Of a stretch of DNA of 64,000 nt, positions 47,521 to 56,802 are shown piece after piece. The first letter of the stretch is position 1; each line of letters opens with the position of its first letter. Origin of the DNA: Ignavibacteriota bacterium (GTDB taxonomy: Bacteria; Bacteroidota; Ignavibacteria; Palsa-1295); assembly GCA_963794025.1 (NCBI GenBank), contig CAWCCK010000018.1, positions 2,706 through 66,705 of the forward strand, in the 5' to 3' direction. A model generated the notes under the pieces. The model did no database searches. It worked only from the letters and a program-made list of their open reading frames with translations, and was not told where the DNA came from. The position numbers and the translations under genes are program-made.

Positions 47521-47555
47521 GTCAATTACGAATTACGAATTTCAAATTACGAATT
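47521..47555. repeat. AATTACGAA-type tandem-unit repeat between the ATP-grasp gene and the four-helix-bundle gene
   Basis: caattacgaattacgaatttcaaattacgaattggg. Confidence 0.5.
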
Positions 47556-47921
47556 GGGATCCGAGTCATTCTTCAGCTGGCCTCTCATCGTTTTCTGAAT
47601 GGAGCCTAAAATTTTCAGTAATTCCTCGCAGTCCGTGAGCATCGATTCTGCCATTTTTTTAGAGAGATAGTCGGAGTCACGCAGAAGTCGAAGCCAATAA
47701 TGTGTTTCTCTCGCTTCACGATATGAGATATTAAGTTTTGCAAGAAAATCTTTCTTCGAACTCGCTCCGACAAACTCTTCAGCATTTGCACCTATCGAAG
47801 TTCCGGAACGAAGAATTTGGTCTTTTAAGACGAAAGCCTTTTTCTCTTGCAAATATTCACTCAACCCTATGATTCGGAGAGCAAAAGCATAGCTCTTATC
47901 TAATATGATATTTTGTTTCAT
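47547..47921 (-). CDS. Four-helix-bundle protein (TIGR02436-like, the family often found inside 23S rRNA intervening sequences)
   Basis: 124 aa. N-terminal YAFALRIIGLS...GTSIGANAEEF and C-terminal ETHYWLRLL match the family. Confidence 0.6.
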   Translation of the reverse strand: MKQNIILDKSYAFALRIIGLSEYLQEKKAFVLKDQILRSGTSIGANAEEFVGASSKKDFLAKLNISYREARETHYWLRLLRDSDYLSKKMAESMLTDCEELLKILGSIQKTMRGQLKNDSDPNS

Positions 47922-47968
47922 TGATAATGGGACAAAGAGAAAGCATCTATTATATAAAATTCGTAATT

Positions 47969-49054
47969 CTATTTCTTCACTTGTTTGCGTTCGAATTGGA
48001 ATGGGATACTATACCGGTCACAGCCGGATTTCAGGACAGATAGGAGCATGCCTTCGTAGGTAAGTCCGGCAGCGCGGGCGGCTTTGGGGAAGCAGGAATT
48101 TTCTTCCGGTTTGGGAAGAATTCCCGGCAACGGATTCACTTCTATGACATTTACTCGCCCGCGCGCGTCTAAACGCACATCGATGCGTGCCCAGTCGCGG
48201 CAATCGAGAACTTCGAACGTTCTGAGCACTACTGCTTCGATCTCTTCTTTGAGCTTGCTCGAAATATCTGCGGGACACGTAAAAATATGAAGCGGTCGCT
48301 CGGCGACATCATACACCCATTTCGCTTCGAAGGAATAAATGTTGTTTGCTTCCGGCGGAAGCTCGCCTAAATTAATTTCGACGACAGGCAGTACGCGCGC
48401 GTGCTCTCCATTTCCAAGTACGGCAACGGTAAACTCGCGTCCCGGCAGAAATTCTTCGATAAGCGCAGGCTGATGATATTCCTGTGAGATGCGTTCGATC
48501 TCCCGATTCATCGCGTCCAAGCTCGTAACGAACGACGAATTACGAATGCCTTTCGAAGAACCTTCGGAGATCGGCTTCACAATAAACGGAAAATCCGAGC
48601 CGGGCAGCATCGAACGGATGGAGCCGATAGGACGATCGGAAGTTATAAACCTTGCAACAGGAATTCCGTGATAGGATAAAATCTCTTTTGTGCGAGCTTT
48701 ATCGAGCATGATAGCAAGCGCGAGCGGCCCGGAGCCGGTATAAGGAATTTGCAGCATTTCAAGCAGCGCGGGAAATTGCGCTTCGCGCGCCGCTCCGGCA
48801 AAACCTTCGGCAAGATTGAATACGATGTCCAGATCATGCACCAGCAGCCGGTCGATCGCGCGGTCGGGCACGGCCTCGATCACTTCTACCGTAACCTCTG
48901 GATGCGAAGCAAGCCCTGCGCGAACGGCCTCGATGGTTTCCGGCGCATCCCACTCGGCGTAGAGATCGTCAAGCGGGATGTGCGGATGGCGGGAACGCTC
49001 TCGTTCATCGAGAGCGCCTCGTGGTTTGATATTCGCTAAAAGTCCTACGCGCAT
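47969..49054 (-). CDS. D-alanine--D-alanine ligase-family ATP-grasp enzyme (paralogue 1)
   Basis: IPYTGSGPLALAIMLDK, FPFIVKPISEGSSKGI, EEFLPGREFTVAVLG, EVNPLPG. Confidence 0.65.
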   Translation of the reverse strand: MRVGLLANIKPRGALDERERSRHPHIPLDDLYAEWDAPETIEAVRAGLASHPEVTVEVIEAVPDRAIDRLLVHDLDIVFNLAEGFAGAAREAQFPALLEMLQIPYTGSGPLALAIMLDKARTKEILSYHGIPVARFITSDRPIGSIRSMLPGSDFPFIVKPISEGSSKGIRNSSFVTSLDAMNREIERISQEYHQPALIEEFLPGREFTVAVLGNGEHARVLPVVEINLGELPPEANNIYSFEAKWVYDVAERPLHIFTCPADISSKLKEEIEAVVLRTFEVLDCRDWARIDVRLDARGRVNVIEVNPLPGILPKPEENSCFPKAARAAGLTYEGMLLSVLKSGCDRYSIPFQFERKQVKK

Positions 49055-49239
49055 GATATTAAATGTATTGATGACCGGGGTGAATTTTTTAGTATTAAGA
49101 AATACTCAGTATAAAAATAAGAATTGGAAATGGAAAGTCAAGTGTTCAGAGTATTTTGTGGAAAAAAAATGCATCTGTTCACAACTTAAGGAAATTCTGA
49201 TTAAGTCATGAATCCCCGGCGCATGACCGATCATGCGCT

Positions 49240-49324
49240 ATTCGCGGGAATGACAAGGATTAGAATCATTGCGCGAAGCGCAAAAAAGGATACGTTCCTG
49301 TCATTCCCGCGAATGCGGGAATCC
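49240..49324. mobile_element. Second copy of the 'cgcgggaatgaca ... tgtcattcccgcgaa(t)gcgggaatc' REP/MITE element
   Basis: attcgcgggaatgacaaggattagaatcattgcgcgaagcgcaaaaaaggatacgttcctgtcattcccgcgaatgcgggaatcc. Confidence 0.65.
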
Positions 49325-49405
49325 AGTTTTCAGATGTTCCTTAGCATTACTATAAACTATTGTGTTCATTAAATGCTTAATTAATCCTCCGTAATTTTTG
49401 AAGAC

Positions 49406-51562
49406 ATGAACAACTCTCTTTTTTCACGCGCGAAATTATCGCTCCTGCTTTGCATGATTGTGTGCGGTATGTGCGCGATACCATTCGCGCTTCACGCGCA
49501 AGTACATTTCAGCGCCGACGAGCGCCGCATCATCACGATCGCCGATGAGCGCCGCGATGCCGATAGCTTGCTGCCATATCTAAAATCCCCAACGATAAAA
49601 GTTGCGTGGCGCGCTGCGATCGGGATCGGGAACATTGGCGATACTTCCATTCGGCCTGCGCTGCTAACCTATTTTCTTTCGGAGCAGCGCGATTCCGTCG
49701 CCGATGCCGAAGCGTTTGCGCTCGGTCTGCTCGGACGTGATAAAACTACCTGTCAGGCGCTGACAGATGCCACAATGCAGCACCCCACGGCAGAGCGATT
49801 GAAAGCTATTGCGCGAACAGCAACGAAAGCCGATAGCGCATCCGCTGCTATAATTGTAGGCCAGCTTACCGATCAGAAAAAGATCGATGCGCTTACGGAA
49901 GCCGATGCGTACGTGGAATTTGCCATTCATCATGAAGTTAGTTCTCGGATGATGAACGATCTCGATGCGCTGACCGGAGATAATAATCCTAACGTCCGGT
50001 GGCGTGCGGTTTATTCGTTCGCGCGCGCAGACGATTCTCTCGATCTCGCCGGGCGATTTCCAAAACTGAAAGACCTATTACTCGATCAAGGTTCGCCGTA
50101 TGTGCGCATGTTTTCTGCGCTCGCGCTTGGGAAACTTCATGATCCGCGCGCTGATACGGCACTCTATCGCGCATTTCGCGGCGAGGACGATTGGCGCGTT
50201 CGCGTGAATATCCTTCGAGGTTTCGGGCAATTCAAATCATTTGATTCTCTCATTCTCACTACGCTTCAGCTTGCCTGCGAAACCGGGCTGCGCGATAGCG
50301 CGCTCGCTATTCTTGTTGGGCTTGCGGCTGGCGATGACATCGAGAATTTTGTTGCTTCCGGCTGGCTCACGAATGCCGATTCTTCGGCGCTCAGAGATTG
50401 GCTCGATGCATTTAATGGCGTCGATGGCCGCCGCGATGAAATCGATCCCACCGTGTGTGCTCGGCTGACGGGGCCGGCAGTACGATTAGGGACGCCGACG
50501 TTTCACGATGCCGTTAGAAATTACGCGCTCTTCCGCGACCCGACCACCCGGAACTATGCCGTGCTGGCCGCGAGTACGATACCGGATACCGGTTTCTTCA
50601 TCTCTATTGTAGAGACCATGTCCAGGTTTGAACCGGTAGAACAAGTGATGCGTATTGAAGTGCTCGATAGCTTATGGGCGATCGCCAAGCGTAACCCGAG
50701 TTACCGAAAAGCACTCGAATCGGATAACATGGCGAGGTTGTACCGGGGATTGCTCATCCATATTTGTAACGCCGTGTATGACCCCGCCGTCGATGCCGTT
50801 GCGCTGGAGAGTTTGCGGGACACAAGCGTTATCGAGGATTCCGTGTATCGCGCCGAAGCGATAGAACAGATGGCAAAATACATTCCCACGTTCTGCACCC
50901 AGCGTTTTCGCGATGCGTTGCTCGCTGCCGTTCAAGATGCCTCATGGCTTTCCGATACCTCACATGAGTTAATTCCCATGCTCCGCATTGCGTACGATTC
51001 CGCGAACCGCTGGAACGATAACGAACTGAAGGATTCGATCGCTGCGCTGATGAAAAACATAGAAGGAACGAAGGTAGCGCTTCCCAAATCGATCCCGCGC
51101 GTAAGCATCATCGATTGGACTGCCATAGAAAAGTTACCCACGAGAGCGATCATTAATTTTACGAGCGGCTCCATCTTGCTTCGGCTTCTTACCGACGAGG
51201 CTCCGCTCACGACGCTCAATATGGTTACGCTTGCTCGCGAACAATGGTTTGCCGGTAACATGATCCATCGCGTGGTTCCCAATTTCGTGATCCAATCCGG
51301 AGACCCAAGCAGCACCGGATGGGAAGGCCCCGGCTACACCATTCGCAGTGAGCTAACCCCCCGCGAATACGACCGCGAAGGAATGATGGGTATGGCGCGC
51401 GATGGCAAGGACACCGAGAGTTCCCAGTGGTTCATTAACGAATGTCCGACCCCGCATTTGGATGCGCGCTACACCATCTGGGCCGAAGTGACAAGTGGCA
51501 TGGATGAAGTGTGCAAACGAAAGGTCGGCGATAAGGTCGATTCTTTTAATGCGTTTCAATAA
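49406..51562 (+). CDS. Secreted HEAT-repeat protein fused to a C-terminal cyclophilin-type PPIase domain
   Basis: Signal peptide, HEAT-like repeats (NPNVRWRAVYSF, SPYVRMFSALALGKL, DWRVRVNILRGFG) and a C-terminal cyclophilin block (HRVVPNFVIQSGDP...WEGPGY). Confidence 0.65.
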   Translation: MNNSLFSRAKLSLLLCMIVCGMCAIPFALHAQVHFSADERRIITIADERRDADSLLPYLKSPTIKVAWRAAIGIGNIGDTSIRPALLTYFLSEQRDSVADAEAFALGLLGRDKTTCQALTDATMQHPTAERLKAIARTATKADSASAAIIVGQLTDQKKIDALTEADAYVEFAIHHEVSSRMMNDLDALTGDNNPNVRWRAVYSFARADDSLDLAGRFPKLKDLLLDQGSPYVRMFSALALGKLHDPRADTALYRAFRGEDDWRVRVNILRGFGQFKSFDSLILTTLQLACETGLRDSALAILVGLAAGDDIENFVASGWLTNADSSALRDWLDAFNGVDGRRDEIDPTVCARLTGPAVRLGTPTFHDAVRNYALFRDPTTRNYAVLAASTIPDTGFFISIVETMSRFEPVEQVMRIEVLDSLWAIAKRNPSYRKALESDNMARLYRGLLIHICNAVYDPAVDAVALESLRDTSVIEDSVYRAEAIEQMAKYIPTFCTQRFRDALLAAVQDASWLSDTSHELIPMLRIAYDSANRWNDNELKDSIAALMKNIEGTKVALPKSIPRVSIIDWTAIEKLPTRAIINFTSGSILLRLLTDEAPLTTLNMVTLAREQWFAGNMIHRVVPNFVIQSGDPSSTGWEGPGYTIRSELTPREYDREGMMGMARDGKDTESSQWFINECPTPHLDARYTIWAEVTSGMDEVCKRKVGDKVDSFNAFQ

Positions 51563-52593
51563 TGGCAGCAAGCGCACTTGAAACGATACGATCGAAAGCT
51601 CGGCGATCCAATGCGCTGCGCGGGAACCCGGCGCGTATTGCGCTCGGTGATTCCTCCGACGTACGGATGCTCCACGCCGCGCGCATCGCAACGGATGAAG
51701 AAATTGCGAAGATTGTTTTCATCGGAGATGCCAATCTTATTGAAGAAGGCTCAAAACGCGCAAACATTTCTTTGGATGGGATCGAAATAGTTTCACAGAC
51801 AAACTTCCCAAGTTTTGACGAACTTGCGGCTTCGTACTTCAATCGGCGCAGAGAAAAATTACATTCTGTCGAGGATGCAGCTTCAGAACTTCGTTCGAAT
51901 GATCTGCTCTTCGGTGCGGCGCTCGTTGCATCAGGATTTGCCGATGGAATGGTAGCCGGTTCGCTTTCTACTACCGGTGATGTAATTCGCGCTGCGCTGA
52001 AAGGCATTGGACTTGAAGCGAATGTTTCGCTCCTTTCGAGTATGTTCCTGCTCCATTTTAGTAAGATTCCCGGAATGCGCGAACACGCATTTACGCTTGC
52101 GTTTGCCGATGCTGCCGTGGTTCCCGATCCCACAGCAGAGCAGCTTGCCGATATTGCACTATCCACAGCACACACCTACCGAACGATAACCGGAAACGAG
52201 CCGCGTGTTGCCATGCTTTCGTTTTCGACGCACGGCAGCGCGCATTCCCATTCCACTCAAAAAATGATCGAAGCTACTGCGCTTGCACGCGCAAAGAATC
52301 CCGATCTTGTGATCGATGGCGAATTGCAATTCGACGCGGCATTTGTTCCCGACGTTGCGGAACGTAAAGCAAAAGATAGTGCAGTCGCAGGCCGCGCGAA
52401 TGTTCTTATTTTTCCCAACCTCGATGCCGGTAATATCGGCTACAAAATTGCCGAGCGGCTTGGAATGGGCGAAGCCATCGGCCCGGTGCTGCAAGGACTT
52501 CGCAAGCCGATGAACGATCTCTCGCGCGGCGCGAGCATCAGCGATATTGTGAACATGATCGCAATTACGGTGTTGCAAGGAGGACAACAATGA
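51562..52593 (+). CDS. pta: Phosphate acetyl/butyryltransferase (short Pta/Ptb family)
   Basis: 343 aa with the phosphate acyltransferase fold motifs (GD..L...A...GI.L, SMFLL, AGN..YK). Confidence 0.7.
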   Translation: MAASALETIRSKARRSNALRGNPARIALGDSSDVRMLHAARIATDEEIAKIVFIGDANLIEEGSKRANISLDGIEIVSQTNFPSFDELAASYFNRRREKLHSVEDAASELRSNDLLFGAALVASGFADGMVAGSLSTTGDVIRAALKGIGLEANVSLLSSMFLLHFSKIPGMREHAFTLAFADAAVVPDPTAEQLADIALSTAHTYRTITGNEPRVAMLSFSTHGSAHSHSTQKMIEATALARAKNPDLVIDGELQFDAAFVPDVAERKAKDSAVAGRANVLIFPNLDAGNIGYKIAERLGMGEAIGPVLQGLRKPMNDLSRGASISDIVNMIAITVLQGGQQ

Positions 52594-53366
52594 ATATTCT
52601 CGTAACGAACGACGATGGCATCGACTCACGCGGCATCTACGATCTCGTGCGTGCCTTACGCGAGATCGGGAATGTTATCGTGATGGCGCCGCTTGGAGAA
52701 CAATCGGCAGTGGGGCACGCGCTGACGGTTAGCTTGCCACTCCGCGTAACGGAGTTCCATAAGAATGGGGAATTTTTCGGGTTTGCTGTCAGTGGTACTC
52801 CCGCCGATTGCGTGAAGCTCGCACTGCGTACTTTTTTTGCAGAACGCGGACTTCCGAAACCCGATATTGTTGTGAGCGGGATCAATCACGGGCGGAATAC
52901 AGCGGTGAATATCATCTACTCCGGCACAGTGAGCGCGGCGACGGAGGCGACGGTGCTCGATGTTCCTGCCATCGCTGTTTCGCTCACGAGTTATCGTCTC
53001 GATGCAGATTTCGTTCCCGCGGCGGAGTTTATGAAGCGATTTACGCCCGAAGTTGCACGCATGGGATTGCCGCGCGGAACGCTGCTGAACGTAAACGTTC
53101 CCGCGCTACCCATTTCTGAAATTCGTGGTATTGCTTATACCAAACAGGGCGCATCGTATTGGGAAGATGAATTCGAAAAGCGCGTCGATCCACAAGAGCG
53201 ACCCTATTATTGGCTGAAAGGCAGATATATTTTAGAAGATACGAATGAGGACATTGACGACATCGCAATTCGGGACAGCAAAATCAGCATCACGCCGATC
53301 CATTACGATCTGACGAATTACGATTTTCTCGAAACGCTTCGTTCATCCTGGCCAAATACATTTTAA
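52590..53366 (+). CDS. surE: 5'/3'-nucleotidase SurE
   Basis: MNILVTNDDGIDSRGI N-terminus and GINHGRN. Confidence 0.85.
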   Translation: MNILVTNDDGIDSRGIYDLVRALREIGNVIVMAPLGEQSAVGHALTVSLPLRVTEFHKNGEFFGFAVSGTPADCVKLALRTFFAERGLPKPDIVVSGINHGRNTAVNIIYSGTVSAATEATVLDVPAIAVSLTSYRLDADFVPAAEFMKRFTPEVARMGLPRGTLLNVNVPALPISEIRGIAYTKQGASYWEDEFEKRVDPQERPYYWLKGRYILEDTNEDIDDIAIRDSKISITPIHYDLTNYDFLETLRSSWPNTF

Positions 53367-53367
53367 C

Positions 53368-54225
53368 GTGTTTGTAATTCGAGAAACATTTCGTTATTTA
53401 CGTCACGCGTGGGCCGCGTGGCTCATGCAGGCGCTGACGCTCGGCGTGGCGCTTGGCGTGAGCGCGCTCTTTGTGTTGCTCGCAGCAAAAGCGCACGATG
53501 CCATGTCGTCGCTTCGCGCCAATCTTGCGATCGAAGCATTTTTCGATCCCGATGTTTCCTCGCTCGATGCTTCCGCTCTGTTGAATGAAAATATAAAATC
53601 AATTCCCGGAATAGCGCGCACTATTTTTATTTCGAAGGAACAAGCCTTACAAGATTACGCGAAAATGTCCGGCGAAAACCCGGAGCAAGTGCTTGGCGTG
53701 AATCCGCTGCCGGCCAGCGTAAAAATTTATCTTGCCGATCCGACGGCATACGCTGCCACGCACATAGAAACGCTTGTTCGTCGAGTTCCCAATATCCAGG
53801 ATGTGAAAAGCAATGCTCCGCTTATTGGCATGATGGAATCGCGCTCGCTTGCGCTTGATCGCATCGCGGAATTGCTTTGCTCGCTGCTCATCGTATCGGC
53901 ATTTTTCCACGCGCTTACAGCTGCGCGGCATGGCTACGAAACCCGTCGAGAAACGATGCAAACGCTGTCTCGCATGGGGGCGACCCGCTTTACGATACTC
54001 GCGCCAATGCTATGTTATAGTTCGCTGGCTGGTCTATTCGGCGGCGCGATCGCAATGGGAATTCTTCTGCTCATTCACACGCAAGTGCTGGCGGCAATGA
54101 GCTATGTCTTTACACTCACGCTAACATCGCAGGAATCTATTATTGCGTGTGGCGTGCTAATGCTATCCGGGTTTGTGATAAGCGCGTTTGCATCTGTAAT
54201 GGCTTCTATTCGCGTGCGGTCTTAA
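53368..54225 (+). CDS. FtsX-like permease family protein (cell-division FtsX-type topology)
   Basis: N-terminal TM, a ~100-aa periplasmic loop with NPLPAS and three C-terminal TM helices. No adjacent ftsE. Confidence 0.5.
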   Translation: MFVIRETFRYLRHAWAAWLMQALTLGVALGVSALFVLLAAKAHDAMSSLRANLAIEAFFDPDVSSLDASALLNENIKSIPGIARTIFISKEQALQDYAKMSGENPEQVLGVNPLPASVKIYLADPTAYAATHIETLVRRVPNIQDVKSNAPLIGMMESRSLALDRIAELLCSLLIVSAFFHALTAARHGYETRRETMQTLSRMGATRFTILAPMLCYSSLAGLFGGAIAMGILLLIHTQVLAAMSYVFTLTLTSQESIIACGVLMLSGFVISAFASVMASIRVRS

Positions 54226-54227
54226 CG

Positions 54228-54815
54228 CTACTCTATTTTCGTTACCGGATGAATTTCCCGGTAATTTTTAGCATGTCCATCCTGCCCGTGATTAAAATCC
54301 TGAAACAGAACGCCGGTGATGGTCGCAGGCACATTCACATTTTTGAAATCAGTTTTGGGTGAGCCTAAATTATTCGTTACCCACTGCGCTGCCGCATCGA
54401 ACTGCGAAGCATACGCAGATGCCGCTACTTCCGCGCATTCCGTGCTGGGAATTTCTGCGATCATCGAGTCTCCGGAATTATCTACAATGATAAGATGAAT
54501 ATCCATATCGGATTCGCGCACGAACGCAGTGATCGTGCATTGAACGGTTACGACTTGTTCTTCGAAGGCCATGCGCGTAGTATCCTCGCTGACGGTAATT
54601 TCTGGGAATGAATTCTGCTCGGCAATGGTGGTTGTTACCGGAGTCCAATTAATGAAGGAAGTATCGGGATCGGTCAGAATTTTCACATGCCATCGTTCGA
54701 TGCCGCATTCCGTCTCCGAAGATGTGCTCGACGTAGTGCTCGATTTCGAGCAGCCGGCCATCATTACCGCAACGAGCAGGCATAATCCAAAACCCAAGGG
54801 ACGTTTCTTTTGCAT
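54228..54815 (-). CDS. Hypothetical lipoprotein
   Basis: Signal peptide with lipobox (MMAGCSKSS). Confidence 0.4.
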   Translation of the reverse strand: MQKKRPLGFGLCLLVAVMMAGCSKSSTTSSTSSETECGIERWHVKILTDPDTSFINWTPVTTTIAEQNSFPEITVSEDTTRMAFEEQVVTVQCTITAFVRESDMDIHLIIVDNSGDSMIAEIPSTECAEVAASAYASQFDAAAQWVTNNLGSPKTDFKNVNVPATITGVLFQDFNHGQDGHAKNYREIHPVTKIE

Positions 54816-54936
54816 ATAGTTAGTACAAAGATATGGAATTTTTAGCTCTCATCCACAATTTCTAAGAATCGCATTCATGTTTGTAAAAATTTCCGGTTAT
54901 TCTTTTCACCGATTGTGTGTTGAGGTGCCGCACCAC

Positions 54937-56802
54937 ATGAAGCTTACGCTGATCCTCGTCCTGAACGCCGGCCTGATCGGGCTGTTCATCTATCTCGGAA
55001 AGAAAAAGAACCTGCTCTCCTTTATGGATGGCGGGAAATGGTGGCTGACCTGGCTTGCCATCGCCATCATCACGCTGATGGACGAGCTGACGAGCGTGTT
55101 TTACGTCGCGGCGGAATCCTATTTGCTGGTTGGCATAGCGGCATTTGTATTCATTATAGCGACCTCGATCTTCATCCGGTTTCTATCGAGCCGAATGGTG
55201 GAGATCGCGCATATTCTCGAACATCATGGCATCCGGGGTGGGGGAGTATATAGCTTTAGCTATCTCGTGCTGGGTCCGACGATGTCCTTTGCGGCGGTTG
55301 CTTCGATCCTTGTCGATTATATTTTAACGGCTGCGATCTCGACGGTTTCTGCCGTCTATAATGGAAGCTCGTTTTTCTCTGTCCCACAATATGTAATCTA
55401 TTTCCTATTTTTTGCATCGATATGGGCCGTTGCATTTTTAAATATTGTTGGTATTCGTGAAAATGCGCGGTTCACGTATTTCATTTTCATCGCAGCGGCG
55501 ATGATCTTGCTGACGCTCATCGTTTCAGCGGCGGTCGATCCGAGTCCCGGCCAATGGGCACGCGCAACAGATGGATTTCATCTTACATGGACGGGCCTCA
55601 TCGGCCACGGATTCGTTGGCGGCATTAACTTTTTTATTTTTGGATTTGCGGGCGTTATTCTTGCATATTCCGGGATCGAAAGCGTCTTGCAAACGGCGGG
55701 GCTTTCTAAAAGTTGGAAGGATATTCGCAAGGCATATCTCTTTCTCGCTGTGACGGTTGGCATTGTCACCCCGCTTATTACGGCACTTGTGCTTACGCGA
55801 ACGGATATTGATTTCCACGCGCACGAGGACGATCTCATTACCTATTTTGCTCAAGTGGTAAATGGTCGATATTTCGCGTATGCCGTTGGCGCGCTTGCGA
55901 GCTTTACGCTTATCATGGCAGTGAATACGGCGTTCGTTGCATCGAGTGAACTATTGGAGCGTGTGGCGCACCGCTATGGGTTCCACTGGCTGATCAAAAC
56001 GAACAAAGCAGACTCGCTCTATCGCATTCACATCATTAATGCGACGCTCTTCAGTGTGATTATTGCGATCACAGCGGGAAGCCAGGAACTTCTGGCGCAC
56101 ATGTATGCCGTCGGCCTCGTGGCAAGCTTCACGATCAACATGGGCGCGCTGGTGTATTACCGGTATTCGGAGGGCAGCGAAGAAATTCCGGATTATCATA
56201 CTTCGCGCACGGGAACGTTTGTCATCTTCCTGCTCTTGCTTGCGTGTTTTAGTTTTATTGCATATCACAAATGGCAGGGGTTTTTGTTGTGGGCGATCAC
56301 GGTCACGATCTTTCAGATCATCGGATTTCGCGTGGCGAAACGGCGCGCGCCGGAAATCGAGCAGTTCCGTAAAACCGATAGTCCGATGGACATCATCTTC
56401 CGCATTGCAGAGTCCGATTCCACGAAGCCATTCCATTTTTATTTTCGCAGACCGCAGGATAATTCACAGCTTCTGGAAGATGCGAACGTTGCGTACGTCA
56501 CGTTCTTCTCACCTCGTTCCGGTTCGCCGCCGAAGCTCGGCAAGAACCATTATCTACTTACGCTCTTTCGGGAATCGTTGGCGAATCGCTTAGTATCGCT
56601 TATACAAATGCTGCAATACGATTTTGCCGATCGCGATATTGTGTTTCATCTCGGCTGGCCGACTTCGAGCTGGCTCGACCGATTTTCTACCGGCGTGATG
56701 GTCTTTTCGCTCATGCGCTTGCCACGACGGTTCCCGCACTACAGTTTCCTCATGGAATATGAAGGTTCCGAAGACCGAGCCATCGAACAAGCCCATGCGT
56801 GA
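54937..56802 (+). CDS. APC-superfamily-like permease with a C-terminal cytoplasmic domain
   Basis: ~12 TM helices followed by a ~200-aa soluble tail. The start is chosen at MKLTLILV. Confidence 0.4.
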   Translation: MKLTLILVLNAGLIGLFIYLGKKKNLLSFMDGGKWWLTWLAIAIITLMDELTSVFYVAAESYLLVGIAAFVFIIATSIFIRFLSSRMVEIAHILEHHGIRGGGVYSFSYLVLGPTMSFAAVASILVDYILTAAISTVSAVYNGSSFFSVPQYVIYFLFFASIWAVAFLNIVGIRENARFTYFIFIAAAMILLTLIVSAAVDPSPGQWARATDGFHLTWTGLIGHGFVGGINFFIFGFAGVILAYSGIESVLQTAGLSKSWKDIRKAYLFLAVTVGIVTPLITALVLTRTDIDFHAHEDDLITYFAQVVNGRYFAYAVGALASFTLIMAVNTAFVASSELLERVAHRYGFHWLIKTNKADSLYRIHIINATLFSVIIAITAGSQELLAHMYAVGLVASFTINMGALVYYRYSEGSEEIPDYHTSRTGTFVIFLLLLACFSFIAYHKWQGFLLWAITVTIFQIIGFRVAKRRAPEIEQFRKTDSPMDIIFRIAESDSTKPFHFYFRRPQDNSQLLEDANVAYVTFFSPRSGSPPKLGKNHYLLTLFRESLANRLVSLIQMLQYDFADRDIVFHLGWPTSSWLDRFSTGVMVFSLMRLPRRFPHYSFLMEYEGSEDRAIEQAHA

